Of a DNA stretch of 25,961 bases, positions 1 to 9,068 are shown piece by piece. Origin of the DNA: Dubosiella newyorkensis (lineage in GTDB: Bacteria > Bacillota_I > Bacilli_A > Erysipelotrichales > Erysipelotrichaceae). The notes beneath the pieces were generated by a model. It was not told the origin of the DNA and did no database searches. It saw only the letters and a program-made list of their open reading frames with translations. Both the position numbers and the translations under genes were made by a program. Location: NCBI RefSeq assembly GCF_001945605.1, contig NZ_MPKA01000050.1, forward strand, positions 1-25,961. The letters are read 5' to 3'. Position 1 is the first letter of the stretch. Every line of letters starts with the position of its first letter.

Positions 1-148
1 GAACAAAATCGTCAAAAATGCCAACGGGAAAAATGTGGCGAAATTCATAAAAGAAAGAAAAGGCGTCTAAACCCTTTAAATAAAGGAGATAGGCGCCTTT
101 CGCACTGTTAAAACTGTAAAAGATGGGGAATATGCAATCGTTTGCATT

Positions 149-850
149 TTATTTTGTCGTTTTTTCGTTTTTATACGCTTGAGCGATATACATAGCGGCC
201 AGCAAAGAAAAGATGACCATGATGCAAAGCAAGATCCAAATGTTCCAATGAAAGATGTTTTGTCCCAAAGAAGAAACAAGCGTGATCAAGATTTGAATGC
301 CGATCGCTATAAACAAAAAGGTTTTGTTTTTGGTCTTGATCATCTGCATGATCAAGAGCGTGTAGCCCACTTGAAGCACGAGCTGGCACACTTGCCCGAC
401 CGCTTCGGCAAGAAGCAGATTGGACATGTTGGGAATATTTTTGCCCGCGCCAATGAGCATACCTAAAAACACGTTCATTCCGATCGTCAACGATGTTTCA
501 AGCCCCCCATATCCAATACCGAAAGCGAACGCGTCCATCAAAGTCGTATCGTTTCTAGAAAAGACATGGATCATGAGCCAGCGGAACAGTTCGCTAAAGA
601 TCGGCGTGAAAACCGATAAGAACACGATATAAAGCGGATAGTTGGCAGCGATCCAGTTTTGGGCCGCATCCGAATTCGTAAATAAAGATAGCGTAGGCAA
701 GAAAAGTGCCATTTGAAAGAGGACGTAGGTCAAAGCTCCCACCAAAAGAAGCTTCCATTTTCCTTCTTCATGTATACATAGATAGATCGCACATCCCAGA
801 GGAAGAAGCACGGAGCAGGCGATCGTGAATAATTGTGAAAAAAGCAACAT
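149..850 (-). CDS. Polytopic membrane protein, YhfC/CPBP-like putative intramembrane metalloprotease
   Basis: ORF 149..886. I place the start at ATG 850 because GAGGTG lies 7 nt upstream on the minus strand. There are about 7 hydrophobic segments. Motifs FSELFRW and GIGYGGLE resemble the Glu-Arg and GxGxGGxE motifs of YhfC-type proteases (from memory, not searched). Confidence 0.6.
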   Translation of the reverse strand: MLLFSQLFTIACSVLLPLGCAIYLCIHEEGKWKLLLVGALTYVLFQMALFLPTLSLFTNSDAAQNWIAANYPLYIVFLSVFTPIFSELFRWLMIHVFSRNDTTLMDAFAFGIGYGGLETSLTIGMNVFLGMLIGAGKNIPNMSNLLLAEAVGQVCQLVLQVGYTLLIMQMIKTKNKTFLFIAIGIQILITLVSSLGQNIFHWNIWILLCIMVIFSLLAAMYIAQAYKNEKTTK

Positions 851-1099
851 TAAGAACACCTCATTTTTCCAAAATATATTATACACAAAGTTTTCCGCAT
901 TCTATGGATTTATAAAGGAATTTATCAGTTTTTTGTGGATATTTATACGACAATGTGTCCTAATTGGTCGCGTAAGTGTCTTTTTTAGCATTTTTTATCA
1001 TATATCTCCTATTTCCGATTGGAATAGACTATTATCAGAATAAGAAATAGCGCTTACAATGTGCTAGAAAAAAGATCAAAAGGAGGATTTAAGTTGATC

Positions 1100-2434
1100 A
1101 TGAAAACATGGCGTAAATTGTTGGCAACTGGTGCTGCCGCGGCGATGTTGTTGACGGGTTGCTCGTCTGGAACTGATTCTGGAAGCTCTTCCGGCGGCGA
1201 TTCCGGCTCTGCGGATGGATCGAAAGGTTCTGTTTATTATTTGAACTTTAAACCAGAACAAGATGAAGCATGGCAAAACTTGGCGAAAAAGTACACAGAA
1301 GAAACAGGTGTCGATGTGAAAGTCGTAACCGCTGCATCGGGTAACTATGAAACGACTTTGATGTCGGAAATGGGAAAGAGCGGCGCTCCTACACTATTCC
1401 AAGTCAATGGTCCTGTTGGATTAAAGAACTGGGAAGAATATGCATATAATTTATACGACACTCCAGTGTTCAAGCAATTAACAAGCGATGACTACGCGCT
1501 TTACATTGGACCAAAAGAAGATCATGATGTTGCGGCTATCGCATACTGCATCGAATCGTATGGTTTGATCGTGAATAAAAAATTACTTGAAAAAGCAGGT
1601 TACACAGTGGATGATATCAAATCGTTCGACGACTTGAAAAAGGTTGCGGATGATATCGCGAAACGTGAAAAAGAGCTTGGATTCACAGCCTTCACATCAG
1701 CAGGTATGGATTCTTCTTCTGACTGGCGTTATAAAACACACTTAGTCAATATGCCGATCTACTTCGAATATCAAAACGACGGAATCACAGATACAGATGC
1801 GATCAAAGGTACTTATCTTCCTGAATATCGTAAGATCTACGATCTTTACATCACAGATTCTACAGTTCCTGGAAAAGATCTAGCTGCTAAGACGGGCGAT
1901 GATAGCCGCAACGAATTCGAAAGCGAAAAAGCGGTATTCTATCAAAATGGTTCTTGGGAATATACGAATTTGACAAACGACGGCATGAAGGCCGAAGATC
2001 TGACGATGATCCCGATCTACATTGGTGTAGGCGACGAAGCAAAACAAGGTTTGACAACTGGTACGGAAAACTACTGGGTAGTCAACAAAGAAGCTTCTGA
2101 AGAAGACATCCAAGCTACATTGGATTTCATGGACTGGTGCGTAACATCGGAAGAAGGAACGACTGCGATGGCTGATGACATGGGCTTTGTCATTCCGTTC
2201 AAAGATGCTAAACCTAGTGAAAACGTATTCGTAGTTGAAGATCAGAAATTAACAGAAGAAGGCTACAAGCCAGTAAGCTGGAACTTTACGACAATGCCAA
2301 GTGAAGAGTGGAAGAACGCTTTAGGTTCGGCTTTAACTCAATACGCGGCAGATCCTACAGATGCCAACTGGAAAGCGGTTGAAGAAGCATTCGTAGACAA
2401 CTGGAAAACAGAATACGACTTGGCCAATAGTTAA
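1100..2434 (+). CDS. CUT1-family carbohydrate ABC transporter substrate-binding lipoprotein
   Basis: ORF 1061..2434. AGGAGG at 1081-1086, with a start at ATG 1100 or TTG 1094. Signal peptide with lipobox LLTGC, then a Ser/Gly/Asp-rich linker typical of Gram-positive binding lipoproteins. Size (about 444 aa) and position directly upstream of two MalF/MalG-type permeases. Confidence 0.85.
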   Translation: MKTWRKLLATGAAAAMLLTGCSSGTDSGSSSGGDSGSADGSKGSVYYLNFKPEQDEAWQNLAKKYTEETGVDVKVVTAASGNYETTLMSEMGKSGAPTLFQVNGPVGLKNWEEYAYNLYDTPVFKQLTSDDYALYIGPKEDHDVAAIAYCIESYGLIVNKKLLEKAGYTVDDIKSFDDLKKVADDIAKREKELGFTAFTSAGMDSSSDWRYKTHLVNMPIYFEYQNDGITDTDAIKGTYLPEYRKIYDLYITDSTVPGKDLAAKTGDDSRNEFESEKAVFYQNGSWEYTNLTNDGMKAEDLTMIPIYIGVGDEAKQGLTTGTENYWVVNKEASEEDIQATLDFMDWCVTSEEGTTAMADDMGFVIPFKDAKPSENVFVVEDQKLTEEGYKPVSWNFTTMPSEEWKNALGSALTQYAADPTDANWKAVEEAFVDNWKTEYDLANS

Positions 2435-2460
2435 TAGGCTGTCTATAATTGATCGAAAAT

Positions 2461-2488
2461 AACAGGCAGGCATGATGTTCTGCCTGTT
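2461..2488 (+). terminator. Intra-operon hairpin after the binding-protein gene (partial terminator or mRNA stabiliser)
   Basis: Perfect 9-bp stem AACAGGCAG (2461-2469) / CTGCCTGTT (2480-2488) with a 10-nt loop. It is followed only by a weak T-tract (tcatagttt), so read-through into the permease genes is expected. Confidence 0.5.
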
Positions 2489-2512
2489 TCATAGTTTAAG
2501 GAGGATAACATA

Positions 2513-3364
2513 ATGGAACGTACACTTAAGAAATACGGATGGTTGTTCGTACTTCCTACGCTTGTTGCGTTCACGATCGGCTTCATTGTTCCATTTATTG
2601 AAGGATTATATTTGTCGTTTTGCCAATTCACAACGGTCGGCAATGCAACATTTACTGGTTTTTCGAATTATGTGGCGGCTTTAACGGATGCTTCATTCTT
2701 GAAGTCGGCTGGTTTTACAGTGATGGTTGCGATCGTAAACGTGCTTGCGATCAACATTTTAGCTTTCGCACTCGCTATGGCGCTCACACAAAAGGTCAAA
2801 GGAACCAACTTGTTCCGTACGATCTTCTTCATGCCAAACTTGATCGGCGGTATCGTATTGGGTTATATTTGGCAGATCTTGCTGAACTGCGTTCTTTCGC
2901 TAGTGGGAGAACCTTTGCTTCGTTTGAATCCAACCGCTGGCTATTGGGGCATCATCATCTTGATGTGCTGGCAGCAAGTCGGATATATGATGATTATTTA
3001 TATTGCGGGACTGCAGAATGTGCCGGATGATTTGATCGAAGCCGCTAAGATCGACGGCGCGACCGATTGGCAGATCCTTTGGAAGATCAAGATCCCGATG
3101 ATGATGCCTTCGATCACGATTTGCGTATTCTTGACGCTCACCAACAGCTTCAAGCTCTTCGACCAGAACTTAGCGTTGACAGCGGGCGATCCAAACCATA
3201 TGACGGATATGTTGGCGCTCAATATCTACCAAACATTCTATGCTCGTGCGGGCAAGCTTTGGAAAGGTATTGGACAAGCAAAGGCGGTCATCTTCTCGAT
3301 CGTTGTCGTTCTTGTCAGCTTCTGGCAGCTTAAAGCAACACGCTCTAAGGAGGTACAACAATAA
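2513..3364 (+). CDS. Sugar ABC transporter permease (MalF/UgpA-like, CUT1)
   Basis: 283 aa with 6 predicted TM segments. EAA-like loop IEAAKIDGATDWQILWKIKIP. AAGGAGG lies 8 nt upstream of ATG 2513. Confidence 0.9.
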   Translation: MERTLKKYGWLFVLPTLVAFTIGFIVPFIEGLYLSFCQFTTVGNATFTGFSNYVAALTDASFLKSAGFTVMVAIVNVLAINILAFALAMALTQKVKGTNLFRTIFFMPNLIGGIVLGYIWQILLNCVLSLVGEPLLRLNPTAGYWGIIILMCWQQVGYMMIIYIAGLQNVPDDLIEAAKIDGATDWQILWKIKIPMMMPSITICVFLTLTNSFKLFDQNLALTAGDPNHMTDMLALNIYQTFYARAGKLWKGIGQAKAVIFSIVVVLVSFWQLKATRSKEVQQ

Positions 3365-4206
3365 TGACTCAAAAGAAGAAAGCGCTCAACATTATTTTGT
3401 TGATCATCTTGATCCCACTCGCGCTCGCGTGGCTCTATCCGATCTTTATGATCTTGATGAACTCGCTCAAGGTCGAGTCGGCCATCACGACAAGCTCGGC
3501 ATTCGAACTTGTGAATGGAAGCAATTTTGGGGGAAGCATCAACTATTTGAAAGCTATCAATTCATTTGGCTTCATGACTTCCTTGTTCTATTCGTTTTTT
3601 ATTACAGTGACTTCTGTAGTCGCCATCGTCATCTTATGCTCGATGTGCGCATGGTATATTAGTCGGGTTCACTCTAAATTCAGCAGCTTCTTATATTATT
3701 TGTTCGTCTTCTCGATGGTCGTGCCATTCCAAATGGTCATGTTCACACTGTCGCAGACAGCCGATATGCTGAAGCTGAACAATCCGTTTAATTTATGGGT
3801 CATTTACTTAGGATTTGGAGCCGGATTGGCTGTATTCATGTTTGCCGGCTTCGTGAAATCGATCCCAGTCGAAATCGAAGAAGCCGCGATGATCGATGGA
3901 TGCACTCCACTTCAAACATTCTTCAAAGTCGTGCTTCCGATCTTAAAACCGACGATGGTTTCGGTCGCGATCCTAGAGGCGATGTGGGTATGGAACGACT
4001 ACTTGCTGCCAACCCTCGTGCTCGATATCACAAAATATAAAACAGTTCCAATGTTGATTCAATATTTCCGCGGAAGTTATGGTAAAGTAGAGATGGGACC
4101 GATGATGGCTTCCATCATGTTAACTGTAATTCCAGTAATCATTGTTTACATCTTCGGACAAAAATATATTATCAAAGGTGTAGCGGCAGGAGCTGTCAAA
4201 GGATAA
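3364..4206 (+). CDS. Sugar ABC transporter permease (MalG/UgpE-like, CUT1)
   Basis: 280 aa. The start ATG overlaps the upstream stop (TAATG). EAA loop EEAAMIDGCTPLQTFFKVVLPILKP. Polytopic. Confidence 0.9.
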   Translation: MTQKKKALNIILLIILIPLALAWLYPIFMILMNSLKVESAITTSSAFELVNGSNFGGSINYLKAINSFGFMTSLFYSFFITVTSVVAIVILCSMCAWYISRVHSKFSSFLYYLFVFSMVVPFQMVMFTLSQTADMLKLNNPFNLWVIYLGFGAGLAVFMFAGFVKSIPVEIEEAAMIDGCTPLQTFFKVVLPILKPTMVSVAILEAMWVWNDYLLPTLVLDITKYKTVPMLIQYFRGSYGKVEMGPMMASIMLTVIPVIIVYIFGQKYIIKGVAAGAVKG

Positions 4207-4212
4207 TCGTTC

Positions 4213-4241
4213 AAAAGCTCAATGGTCTATTGAGCTTTTTT
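4213..4241 (+). terminator. Rho-independent terminator after the permease genes
   Basis: 11-bp perfect stem AAAAGCTCAAT / ATTGAGCTTTT with loop GGTCT, running into a T6 tract. Confidence 0.7.
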
Positions 4242-4265
4242 CAAGCTAGAAAGAGAGTAAAGTGT

Positions 4266-5783
4266 ATGAGAAAAAACGGTATATTGTTACCTATCACAAG
4301 TTTGCCAAGCCCTTGGGGAGTAGGGACTCTTGGCAAAGAAGCGTATTCGTTCGTGAACTTTTTGAACGGAAGCGGCCAAACGTATTGGCAGATCCTTCCG
4401 ATCAATCCAACAAGCTATGGGGATTCGCCATATCAATCGTATTCTACGTTTGCCGGCAACCCATATTTTATCGATCTTGATCTGCTGGCAGGAAATGGCT
4501 TGTTGAATCAAAACGAATATGACTGGCTAGATTGGGACACAGAAAAAGATAAAGTCGATTATGGATTTCTTTATAATCACCGCTTCAACGTGCTGAAATT
4601 AGCGGTCGATCGTTTTCTGGAAAATCCAGATCCTGAATATGTCGAATTTTTAGAGAATAACGCAGATTGGTTGGATGATTACGCTTTGTTCATGGCGCTC
4701 AAAAACAAGCACGAAGGAAAAGCTTGGTGGGATTGGGATGAAAAGTATAAATTCTATTCTCCAGAAAAAGCGGAAGAATGGAAAGAAGAGTTGAAGGAAG
4801 ACTATGAATTTTACCGCGTCCTTCAATTTTTCTTCACCAAACAATGGAACGCTTTGAAAAAATACGCCAACGACAAGGGTGTCGAGATCATTGGCGATCT
4901 TCCGATCTATGTAGCGCGCGATTCGGTCGACGTATGGGCTCATCCAGAATATTTTGAACTCGATGAAGATTTGAATCCAAAACGAGTAGCGGGATGTCCG
5001 CCAGATGCTTTCTCCGCCGATGGACAGCTTTGGGGAAATCCATTGTACAATTGGTCGAATCAAAGAGAAGACGGTTTCAAATGGTGGATCGATCGCATCG
5101 ATTATGCGACAAAACTCTATGATATCGTTCGGATCGACCATTTCAGAGGATTCGACTCGTATTATGCGATCCCTTACGAAGACGATACAGCCCGCAATGG
5201 GGAATGGGTCGATGGTCCAGGAATCGACCTCTTCAAAGCGGTGGAAGATTCGATTGGCAAGAAGAAGATCATTGCCGAAGATCTTGGTTTCTTGACACCA
5301 TCTGCCAAAGATCTGCTCAAGAACACAAAATTCCCGGGCATGAAGATATTGCAGTTCGCATTCGACTCTAGAGATTCCGCCAATGGCGAGTATTATCCAT
5401 TCAACTACCCAGAAAATTCGGTCGCATATACAGGAACGCATGATAACGACACGATCATGGGTTGGGTCAATACGGCGCATCCAGACGATGTGCAGCTCGC
5501 CATGGATTATATGGACTTGCAAGATCCAAAGAACATGAATTGGGCCATGATCCGGGAAGTCATGAAATCGCCATCGAACTATTCGATCTTGACCGCGCAA
5601 GACTTAGTGGGATTAGGCTCGGAATCACGGATGAACGTGCCTTCACGTCTTGGTGGCAACTGGCAGTGGCGCCTTCTTCCAGGACAACTGGATGATGCCA
5701 TCCAGCAAAAGCTATTACATTTGACAAAGCTCTACAAACGCTTCCCGATCGAAGCAGAAAAAGAAGAGAAAACAGCACAATAA
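4266..5783 (+). CDS. malQ: 4-alpha-glucanotransferase (amylomaltase, GH77)
   Basis: ORF 4230..5783. The track start at 4230 lies inside the terminator hairpin, so I use ATG 4266 (MRKNGILLPITSLPSPWGVGTLG, a classic GH77 N-terminus). GH77 motifs DLPIYVARDSVDVW, VRIDHFRGF, IIAEDLG and YTGTHDN. Confidence 0.93.
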   Translation: MRKNGILLPITSLPSPWGVGTLGKEAYSFVNFLNGSGQTYWQILPINPTSYGDSPYQSYSTFAGNPYFIDLDLLAGNGLLNQNEYDWLDWDTEKDKVDYGFLYNHRFNVLKLAVDRFLENPDPEYVEFLENNADWLDDYALFMALKNKHEGKAWWDWDEKYKFYSPEKAEEWKEELKEDYEFYRVLQFFFTKQWNALKKYANDKGVEIIGDLPIYVARDSVDVWAHPEYFELDEDLNPKRVAGCPPDAFSADGQLWGNPLYNWSNQREDGFKWWIDRIDYATKLYDIVRIDHFRGFDSYYAIPYEDDTARNGEWVDGPGIDLFKAVEDSIGKKKIIAEDLGFLTPSAKDLLKNTKFPGMKILQFAFDSRDSANGEYYPFNYPENSVAYTGTHDNDTIMGWVNTAHPDDVQLAMDYMDLQDPKNMNWAMIREVMKSPSNYSILTAQDLVGLGSESRMNVPSRLGGNWQWRLLPGQLDDAIQQKLLHLTKLYKRFPIEAEKEEKTAQ

Positions 5784-5786
5784 TCG

Positions 5787-5815
5787 AAAAAGCCTTCCAA
5801 TCGAAGGCTTTTTTT
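5787..5815. terminator. Bidirectional terminator between convergent malQ and the sensor operon
   Basis: AAAAAGCCTTC-caatc-GAAGGCTTTTTTT. An A-tract on one side and a T-tract on the other let it terminate both strands. Confidence 0.8.
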
Positions 5816-5831
5816 ATGAGATAAAAAAGAG

Positions 5832-7106
5832 TTATTCATTGTTCAATTCTTTTTCCAGCTCGATCAAAGAAAGATCGATGTCGTCCTCGTTTTCGATCAA
5901 TTCCTTGATCTTTGAATCAAGGATCAGATCCGCAGGCGGATCTATTTCGATATTTGGTCGTGGTTTCTTGCGCATGATCAAATCGATCAAAGAAGAGGAA
6001 ATGCCTATTTGCTCATAATATAACGAAACATCGCCATTCGACTCATCGAGAACGAAGGGGCTGATCCCCAATCCATTGAAGACGATTTCTTTTTGATTCT
6101 TGGTGTCGCAGCAAAACGCTTTTAGAAGATCCCAAGACAAATCAGAAAAAAAAGTCCGACTCGAAATACCCATATAAAGAAAAGAACCTCCAGAAAACCC
6201 GCTGTTGGATGAATTGGCCGGCATCGGAAGACATTGCCAATCAAAATTTGAATACCGCTTGATCCGCCACGGATAAGGATTATACGTCACAAATTCCGCA
6301 TAGCTCATGGGCGCGAACGCGACCTTTCCGCTATCTAGATCCTCTTTGGTGGGTTCTACACCATGATGAAGATCTTTTAATTCTTTCAAATAAGTGATCG
6401 CTTGCTTGAAAGGATCTTGATGAAGTTGGAAGGCGCCCTCGCTATCTAAGATCTCTACATTGAATGCATCAAATGCATGTTCCCAAGAATATCCATAGAT
6501 CCCAAATTGATCAAGAACGCCATTTTTGTCTTTATCACGACTCACTTTTTGACAAATCGTATAAAGATCGTCGATCGTCCAGCTCTCATCAGGAATGGGA
6601 ATACCTTCTTGTCTTAAAAGGGAAGTGTTGACCAACATCATATCCGGATTGCATTCCATAGGAAGAGCGATTTGATGGCCTCGATCGGAAGCAAGAGAGA
6701 GGGTGTTTGGATTATATTGAATCTCCCTAAAACCCAAGTCGCTGTCGATCAGAGGATCAAGGTTTTTTAAGACCCCTAATTTTTTATAGAGATCCAAATC
6801 GCCTTCGATGAGTAAAAACACATCCGGACAGCTTCCTTCTAGAATTTTATCCGACATCCAAGACGAATAGTCATTCAAAGAAATTCCCGCATCGTATTGA
6901 ACACGAACTCCAGGATGATCCTGTTCAAACTGCGCAATGATCCCATCGATAAGCTCGTATGTAGAAGCGGAAGGAACATTCCAACTTCCTCCGATAAATA
7001 CACCAAGACGAAGCACGATCGGCGTTTGCCAATAAATCAAACCCGCAAGCAAAGAAACGATCACGATCGACCAGAACACGATCGACCATTTTTTATTCAT
7101 GATCAT
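5832..7106 (-). CDS. Membrane-anchored extracellular solute-binding protein (family 1), no cognate permease adjacent
   Basis: ORF 5832..7142. I take the start at ATG 7106, which overlaps the regulator stop (ATGA). The N-terminal hydrophobic anchor WSIVFWSIVIVSLLAGLIYW has no lipobox Cys. The body has family-1 SBP character (GGSWNVP..., PDVFLL...). Confidence 0.75.
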   Translation of the reverse strand: MIMNKKWSIVFWSIVIVSLLAGLIYWQTPIVLRLGVFIGGSWNVPSASTYELIDGIIAQFEQDHPGVRVQYDAGISLNDYSSWMSDKILEGSCPDVFLLIEGDLDLYKKLGVLKNLDPLIDSDLGFREIQYNPNTLSLASDRGHQIALPMECNPDMMLVNTSLLRQEGIPIPDESWTIDDLYTICQKVSRDKDKNGVLDQFGIYGYSWEHAFDAFNVEILDSEGAFQLHQDPFKQAITYLKELKDLHHGVEPTKEDLDSGKVAFAPMSYAEFVTYNPYPWRIKRYSNFDWQCLPMPANSSNSGFSGGSFLYMGISSRTFFSDLSWDLLKAFCCDTKNQKEIVFNGLGISPFVLDESNGDVSLYYEQIGISSSLIDLIMRKKPRPNIEIDPPADLILDSKIKELIENEDDIDLSLIELEKELNNE

Positions 7107-7765
7107 GAGCGCCGCCCTATATACCCATTTTCCACGGCCCAAATGGCAACTTGCGTCCGATCCCGCAAATGCAGTTTACTTAAGATCCGCGACAAATAAT
7201 TACGAACCGTGCCTTCTGAAAGATAAAGATTTTTAGCAATTTCTTTATTCGAAAATCCATGCCCGATTTCATAAACGACATCCCACTCTAGCTCGGAAAG
7301 GGAATTGACACTTTCTTCTTCCACTTGGATGATGGGTGTATTCTGCCGCTGGGAAAATAGATCCACGACCTTGCGGGCAATGCCCGGATTGATCATAGCG
7401 CCCCCCGAATAGACAGTTTGTATCGCGTGATGAAGTGTATCAAGATCCCCGGCCTTGAGCAAATATCCGCTTGCGCCATATTGAAGCGCTGAAAAGACAA
7501 AATCATCATCATCGAACGTTGTCAAAATAATGACTTTTGTTTGTGGCCAACGCTTCTTGACCTTTTTAGTACATAAAACGCCATCCATGACCGGCATTCG
7601 AATATCCATCAAAATGATGTCGATCGGCTCGCGCTCTAGAAATTCAAGAACCTCCACCCCGTTTTTGGCGACCCCTTTAACATCTAGATCGTCTTCGCAC
7701 GATAAAATGATTTCCAAAGAACTGCGGATCATTTCCTGATCATCCGCAATCAAGACTTTAATCAT
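7103..7765 (-). CDS. NarL/LuxR-family response regulator
   Basis: ORF 7103..7840. The start at ATG 7765 (MIKVLIADDQ) overlaps the kinase stop by 8 nt, with GGAGAA upstream. Receiver motifs DD...ILMDIRMP...KVIILTT and a C-terminal LuxR HTH (NKEIAKNLYLSEGTVRNYLSRILSKL). Confidence 0.92.
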   Translation of the reverse strand: MIKVLIADDQEMIRSSLEIILSCEDDLDVKGVAKNGVEVLEFLEREPIDIILMDIRMPVMDGVLCTKKVKKRWPQTKVIILTTFDDDDFVFSALQYGASGYLLKAGDLDTLHHAIQTVYSGGAMINPGIARKVVDLFSQRQNTPIIQVEEESVNSLSELEWDVVYEIGHGFSNKEIAKNLYLSEGTVRNYLSRILSKLHLRDRTQVAIWAVENGYIGRRS

Positions 7766-9068
7766 CAAATTCTCCTTTCTGAAGCGGAATGAGAGCTTTG
7801 CAGACAAACCCATCCGACCCATCATAATAAAGCGTGCCATGGATCGTGCTGATCCTCTCCTTCATTTGCATCAATCCATATCCAGGTTGGATCGACGCGC
7901 TCCCCTTTCCATTATCATGAACGATCACTTGCATCTGACAAGGATCGTTTTGGTCCATTTGGATCCAGATATTGATCATCGAAGCATGGCCATGCCGTAT
8001 GGCATTGGTGATGCACTCTTGAATCATCCGAAAAAGAACATCTTCCTTCGTCTTTTCAAAATCAATCCGCGGCATTTGCCATGATAAGTTGATCTCGACA
8101 TTCGAAACCGCCATAAATTCATTAATCATTTTCTGCAGCGCGCCTTGCAGACCATGTTCCTCCAAAGCGCCAGGACGCAGCTTTTCAAGAGAACCACGAA
8201 CGTCTTGGATCCCTTCCGTGACGACATTCCGAATTTTTTGAAGCTGAGTTTTTACAAGTTCCGGTTTTTTTTCGATCATGACCAAACAAGCGTCCAAACC
8301 CGCTGCGATGCCCGTCAAAGCATGACCTAACGTATCGTGGATTTCGCGAGCGATTCGTTTTCGCTCGTTGTCTTGGGCGATCTTCTCCGAGAGGGCTGCA
8401 TAGTTTCTAAGCTTGGCGTTGACTTGATTGACCATATCTAATTCTTGCGCGATACTTTCTTTTTCTTCGTATTGGTTGATCAAAAAATAAGCGATGATAA
8501 TAATGAACAACAGTAAATTGATCCCTTCCAACAAAGAACGGAATAGAAGCAAGATCGAAGAAGTCCAAGAAGAAAAGATCGTAAAATAAGAGCGCAAATC
8601 ACTCATCGGAAAAAATTTTTGCATGAGGGCATAGTTCGACCCAATATATAACAGGATCGAAAACACGATGATTTCATATATTTCTTTATTTTTTAAAGGC
8701 CGTCTAGGACATATCATATCCACGATCACGAGTAGCACGATCGATTGAGTCGCCATATTGAGCAAAAGCACGATCCCATACGCTAAAATCCACTCCATCA
8801 CAAGATCTCGAAAAAGGAAAGGAGTCAATACCGTATTCTTAACCACATGCAGGACGAACAAAGCGTATAAACCAAAGCAACCTATAAAAACCAGCAACGG
8901 ATTTTTCGGAATATGAGAAAGCTGAGTCAAAAAGGAGAGGCTTGTTTGACGATCGATCAAATACTTTGTGCCAATCAAACATACACTCGCATACAACATG
9001 ATGATCGCATAATTGAGAACGATCATTCCTGCACGCAGCCGATCGATCGTCCGATAATACGCCCGCAT
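7758..9068 (-). CDS. Polytopic sensor histidine kinase, HisKA_3 (NarX/DesK/LiaS-type)
   Basis: 436 aa. The N-terminal half (about 200 aa) is almost entirely TM segments with no sizeable extracellular loop. H-box REIHDTLGHALTGI, N-box ITNAIRHG, G-boxes DNGKG and GYGLMQMKERI. Confidence 0.9.
   Translation of the reverse strand: MRAYYRTIDRLRAGMIVLNYAIIMLYASVCLIGTKYLIDRQTSLSFLTQLSHIPKNPLLVFIGCFGLYALFVLHVVKNTVLTPFLFRDLVMEWILAYGIVLLLNMATQSIVLLVIVDMICPRRPLKNKEIYEIIVFSILLYIGSNYALMQKFFPMSDLRSYFTIFSSWTSSILLLFRSLLEGINLLLFIIIIAYFLINQYEEKESIAQELDMVNQVNAKLRNYAALSEKIAQDNERKRIAREIHDTLGHALTGIAAGLDACLVMIEKKPELVKTQLQKIRNVVTEGIQDVRGSLEKLRPGALEEHGLQGALQKMINEFMAVSNVEINLSWQMPRIDFEKTKEDVLFRMIQECITNAIRHGHASMINIWIQMDQNDPCQMQVIVHDNGKGSASIQPGYGLMQMKERISTIHGTLYYDGSDGFVCKALIPLQKGEFDD

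Noticed and set aside
2-70. Possible 3' end of a plus-strand CDS (...NKIVKNANGKNVAKFIKERKGV, stop at 68-70), with the weak ATGCAA-tcgt-TTGCAT hairpin at 132-147 downstream.
   Set aside because: Only 22 codons are visible with no identifiable family. The hairpin is 6 bp, AT-rich, and abuts the stop codon (149) of the minus-strand gene. Evidence is insufficient to report a feature.
1045-1058. cre-like (CcpA) site AAATAGCGCTTACA upstream of the ABC binding-protein gene.
   Set aside because: Only the right half (GCGCTTACA) fits the TGWAANCGNTNWCA consensus. The left half has three mismatches, including the conserved TG. This is too weak to call.
4650-5600. Long antisense ORF (316 aa) opposite malQ. 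Similar shadow ORFs include 17704..18447(-), 19095..19568(-), 22296..22892(-), 2620..3030(+), 3240..3662(+) and 22889..23323(-).
   Set aside because: Each lies entirely inside a gene with strong family motifs on the other strand or frame. Their translations are Arg/Ser/His-rich low-complexity sequence with no RBS or recognisable motifs. They are typical shadow ORFs.
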